DNA of 24,590 bases from Candidatus Diapherotrites archaeon CG08_land_8_20_14_0_20_30_16 (GTDB lineage: Archaea > Iainarchaeota > Iainarchaeia > Iainarchaeales > 0-14-0-20-30-16), in NCBI GenBank assembly GCA_002779075.1, contig PEXK01000015.1:1-24590 (forward strand). The letters run 5' to 3'. The stretch's first letter is position 1, and each line of letters opens with the position of its first letter. The position numbers were made by a program, and so were the translations under genes. Shown here in pieces: positions 23,546 through 24,590 of the stretch. The notes beneath the pieces were generated by a model. That model had not been told where the DNA came from. It ran no database searches and saw only the letters and a program-made list of their open reading frames with translations.

Positions 23546-24590
23546 TTATTTCTTGGGAAACAATAGGAATAGAGCTACTAATATTATAATTATAATCAAA
23601 GGGTTTATTCCACCTAAAGAACTTAATAAAGATTCTGAAGCTCCCGCTGCTTTTGCAGTTTCTCCAATTACTGGTGTTATTGAAACTACTTTTGAACCTA
23701 CATCTGCTGCTTTGCCAGCGCCAACCAATCCCCGCAAAAGGAAATATGCTAAAATTAAAATCAAAACAAGCATCAAACCAGTACCAAATGTTTGCCAACC
23801 CCATTTGTTCAACCAGCCGGCATTCTTTTTTTCTTCTTCTGGTTTTTTAACTTTCTCATCAAAGTATTTCTTTAATTCTTCTGTCTGTTCATCAGTCATT
23901 TTTTTTGCTTCATCTTTTGTTAATAACCCTCTTTTATCTAGTTCTGCAATCAAAAGGGTTGCTAATTCTGGAACTGTGCCTTTAATGATATCTGTAATTA
24001 ATGTTTTATATGCATCAGTTTCAAAGTAATCTTTTAAATCTTCTAATCTTTGTGCAACATCTTCTATTTTTGTTTTGTTATCCTGTACAGAATCTAATAT
24101 ATCTTCTAATTCTGCTTTTATTGCGTCATGATCTGCTCTATTCTCTTTTTTCAAACCTTTCATTATTCTTTCCAAAATATTCTGTTTTTTAATTATTGTT
24201 TTTAATATCTTGCTAGTTTCCATTGCTTTTATTATTTCTAGATTATTATCTTTTAATGCCTGCCCAATTACAGGTTTTACAATATCTTCAATTAATTTTT
24301 TGTATTCTGGGCCTTTAAAATATTTTTCTAAGGCATCAATTTTTGCAATTGTTTTTCCTAATGTGTGTCCGATTCCTTTTCCTGTACTTCGAACTTCTAA
24401 CAGTATATCTGCGAGATCCTGTCTTATCTGTGTTAAATCTGCTTTATTTATTGTTTGTGTTTTCAAAAAATATTCTATTGCCTGCAATCTCGAACCCAAA
24501 TCTTTCAAATCAGGATATTTTTTCTCAAACTCATCCATAATTGCTTTAACTAGTTCTGGTCTTTCAGCAGCAAATGCTTTTTTCAAAACA
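23546..24590 (-). CDS. Repeat-containing coiled-coil protein with two C-terminal TM helices; the N-terminus probably lies beyond the window
   Basis: The frame is open to the window edge, and the track's first codon is TTG at 24586. There are internal repeats (aa 83-106 IDALEKYFKGPEYKKLIEDIVKPV versus aa 181-204 LEDLKDYFETDAYKTLITDIIKGT) plus two further L..L.(E/K)YF copies. The TM helices are at about aa 264-287 and 328-343, and the protein ends ..GGINPLIIIIILVALFLLFPKK*. Confidence 0.6.
   Translation of the reverse strand, partial: VLKKAFAAERPELVKAIMDEFEKKYPDLKDLGSRLQAIEYFLKTQTINKADLTQIRQDLADILLEVRSTGKGIGHTLGKTIAKIDALEKYFKGPEYKKLIEDIVKPVIGQALKDNNLEIIKAMETSKILKTIIKKQNILERIMKGLKKENRADHDAIKAELEDILDSVQDNKTKIEDVAQRLEDLKDYFETDAYKTLITDIIKGTVPELATLLIAELDKRGLLTKDEAKKMTDEQTEELKKYFDEKVKKPEEEKKNAGWLNKWGWQTFGTGLMLVLILILAYFLLRGLVGAGKAADVGSKVVSITPVIGETAKAAGASESLLSSLGGINPLIIIIILVALFLLFPKK

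Noticed and set aside
1-24590. CRISPR arrays, transposase/IS elements, integrases, toxin-antitoxin pairs or known defence systems
   Set aside because: No direct-repeat/spacer periodicity, terminal inverted repeats, or recognisable transposase, integrase or defence-protein motifs were seen on either strand. The only mobile element supported is the MutS intein.

Overview
This is an AT-rich, gene-dense window with short intergenic gaps and many overlapping or closely abutting genes. It is almost certainly from a small-genome archaeon, possibly DPANN-like, though that lineage call is inference. The archaeal markers are ribosomal protein eL15, RNase P proteins Rpp30, Pop5 and Rpp21, the RFC large subunit, endonuclease Q, an Hjc-type resolvase, class III (archaeal pilin) signal peptides, an archaeosortase-like protein and SecF-SecD.

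Three themes stand out.

1) A bacterial-type mismatch-repair module lies on the minus strand, in the order mutS, two small tandem paralogous unknown genes, a 250-nt gap, mutL, then an Hjc-like nuclease. The mutS gene carries a 444-codon intein with a LAGLIDADG homing endonuclease, inserted exactly between the Lys and Ser of the Walker A motif (GPNMSGK|S).

2) A dU/dT-handling set is present: long-form ThyX overlapping SHMT, a P-loop kinase fused to dCMP deaminase, and EndoQ. MutS, EndoQ and RFC-L all end in the same short Q-[RK]-[TK]-L-F tail, a putative PCNA-binding motif.

3) There are cell-envelope genes: an S2P protease, SecDF, two pilin-like proteins, an archaeosortase-like gene coupled to a patatin lipase, and a Cys-rich secreted-protein gene. 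The Cys-rich gene is broken by an A7-tract frameshift and one in-frame TAA.

No rRNA, tRNA, CRISPR array or transposon was seen. All functional calls rest on motifs read by eye. No database search was possible.
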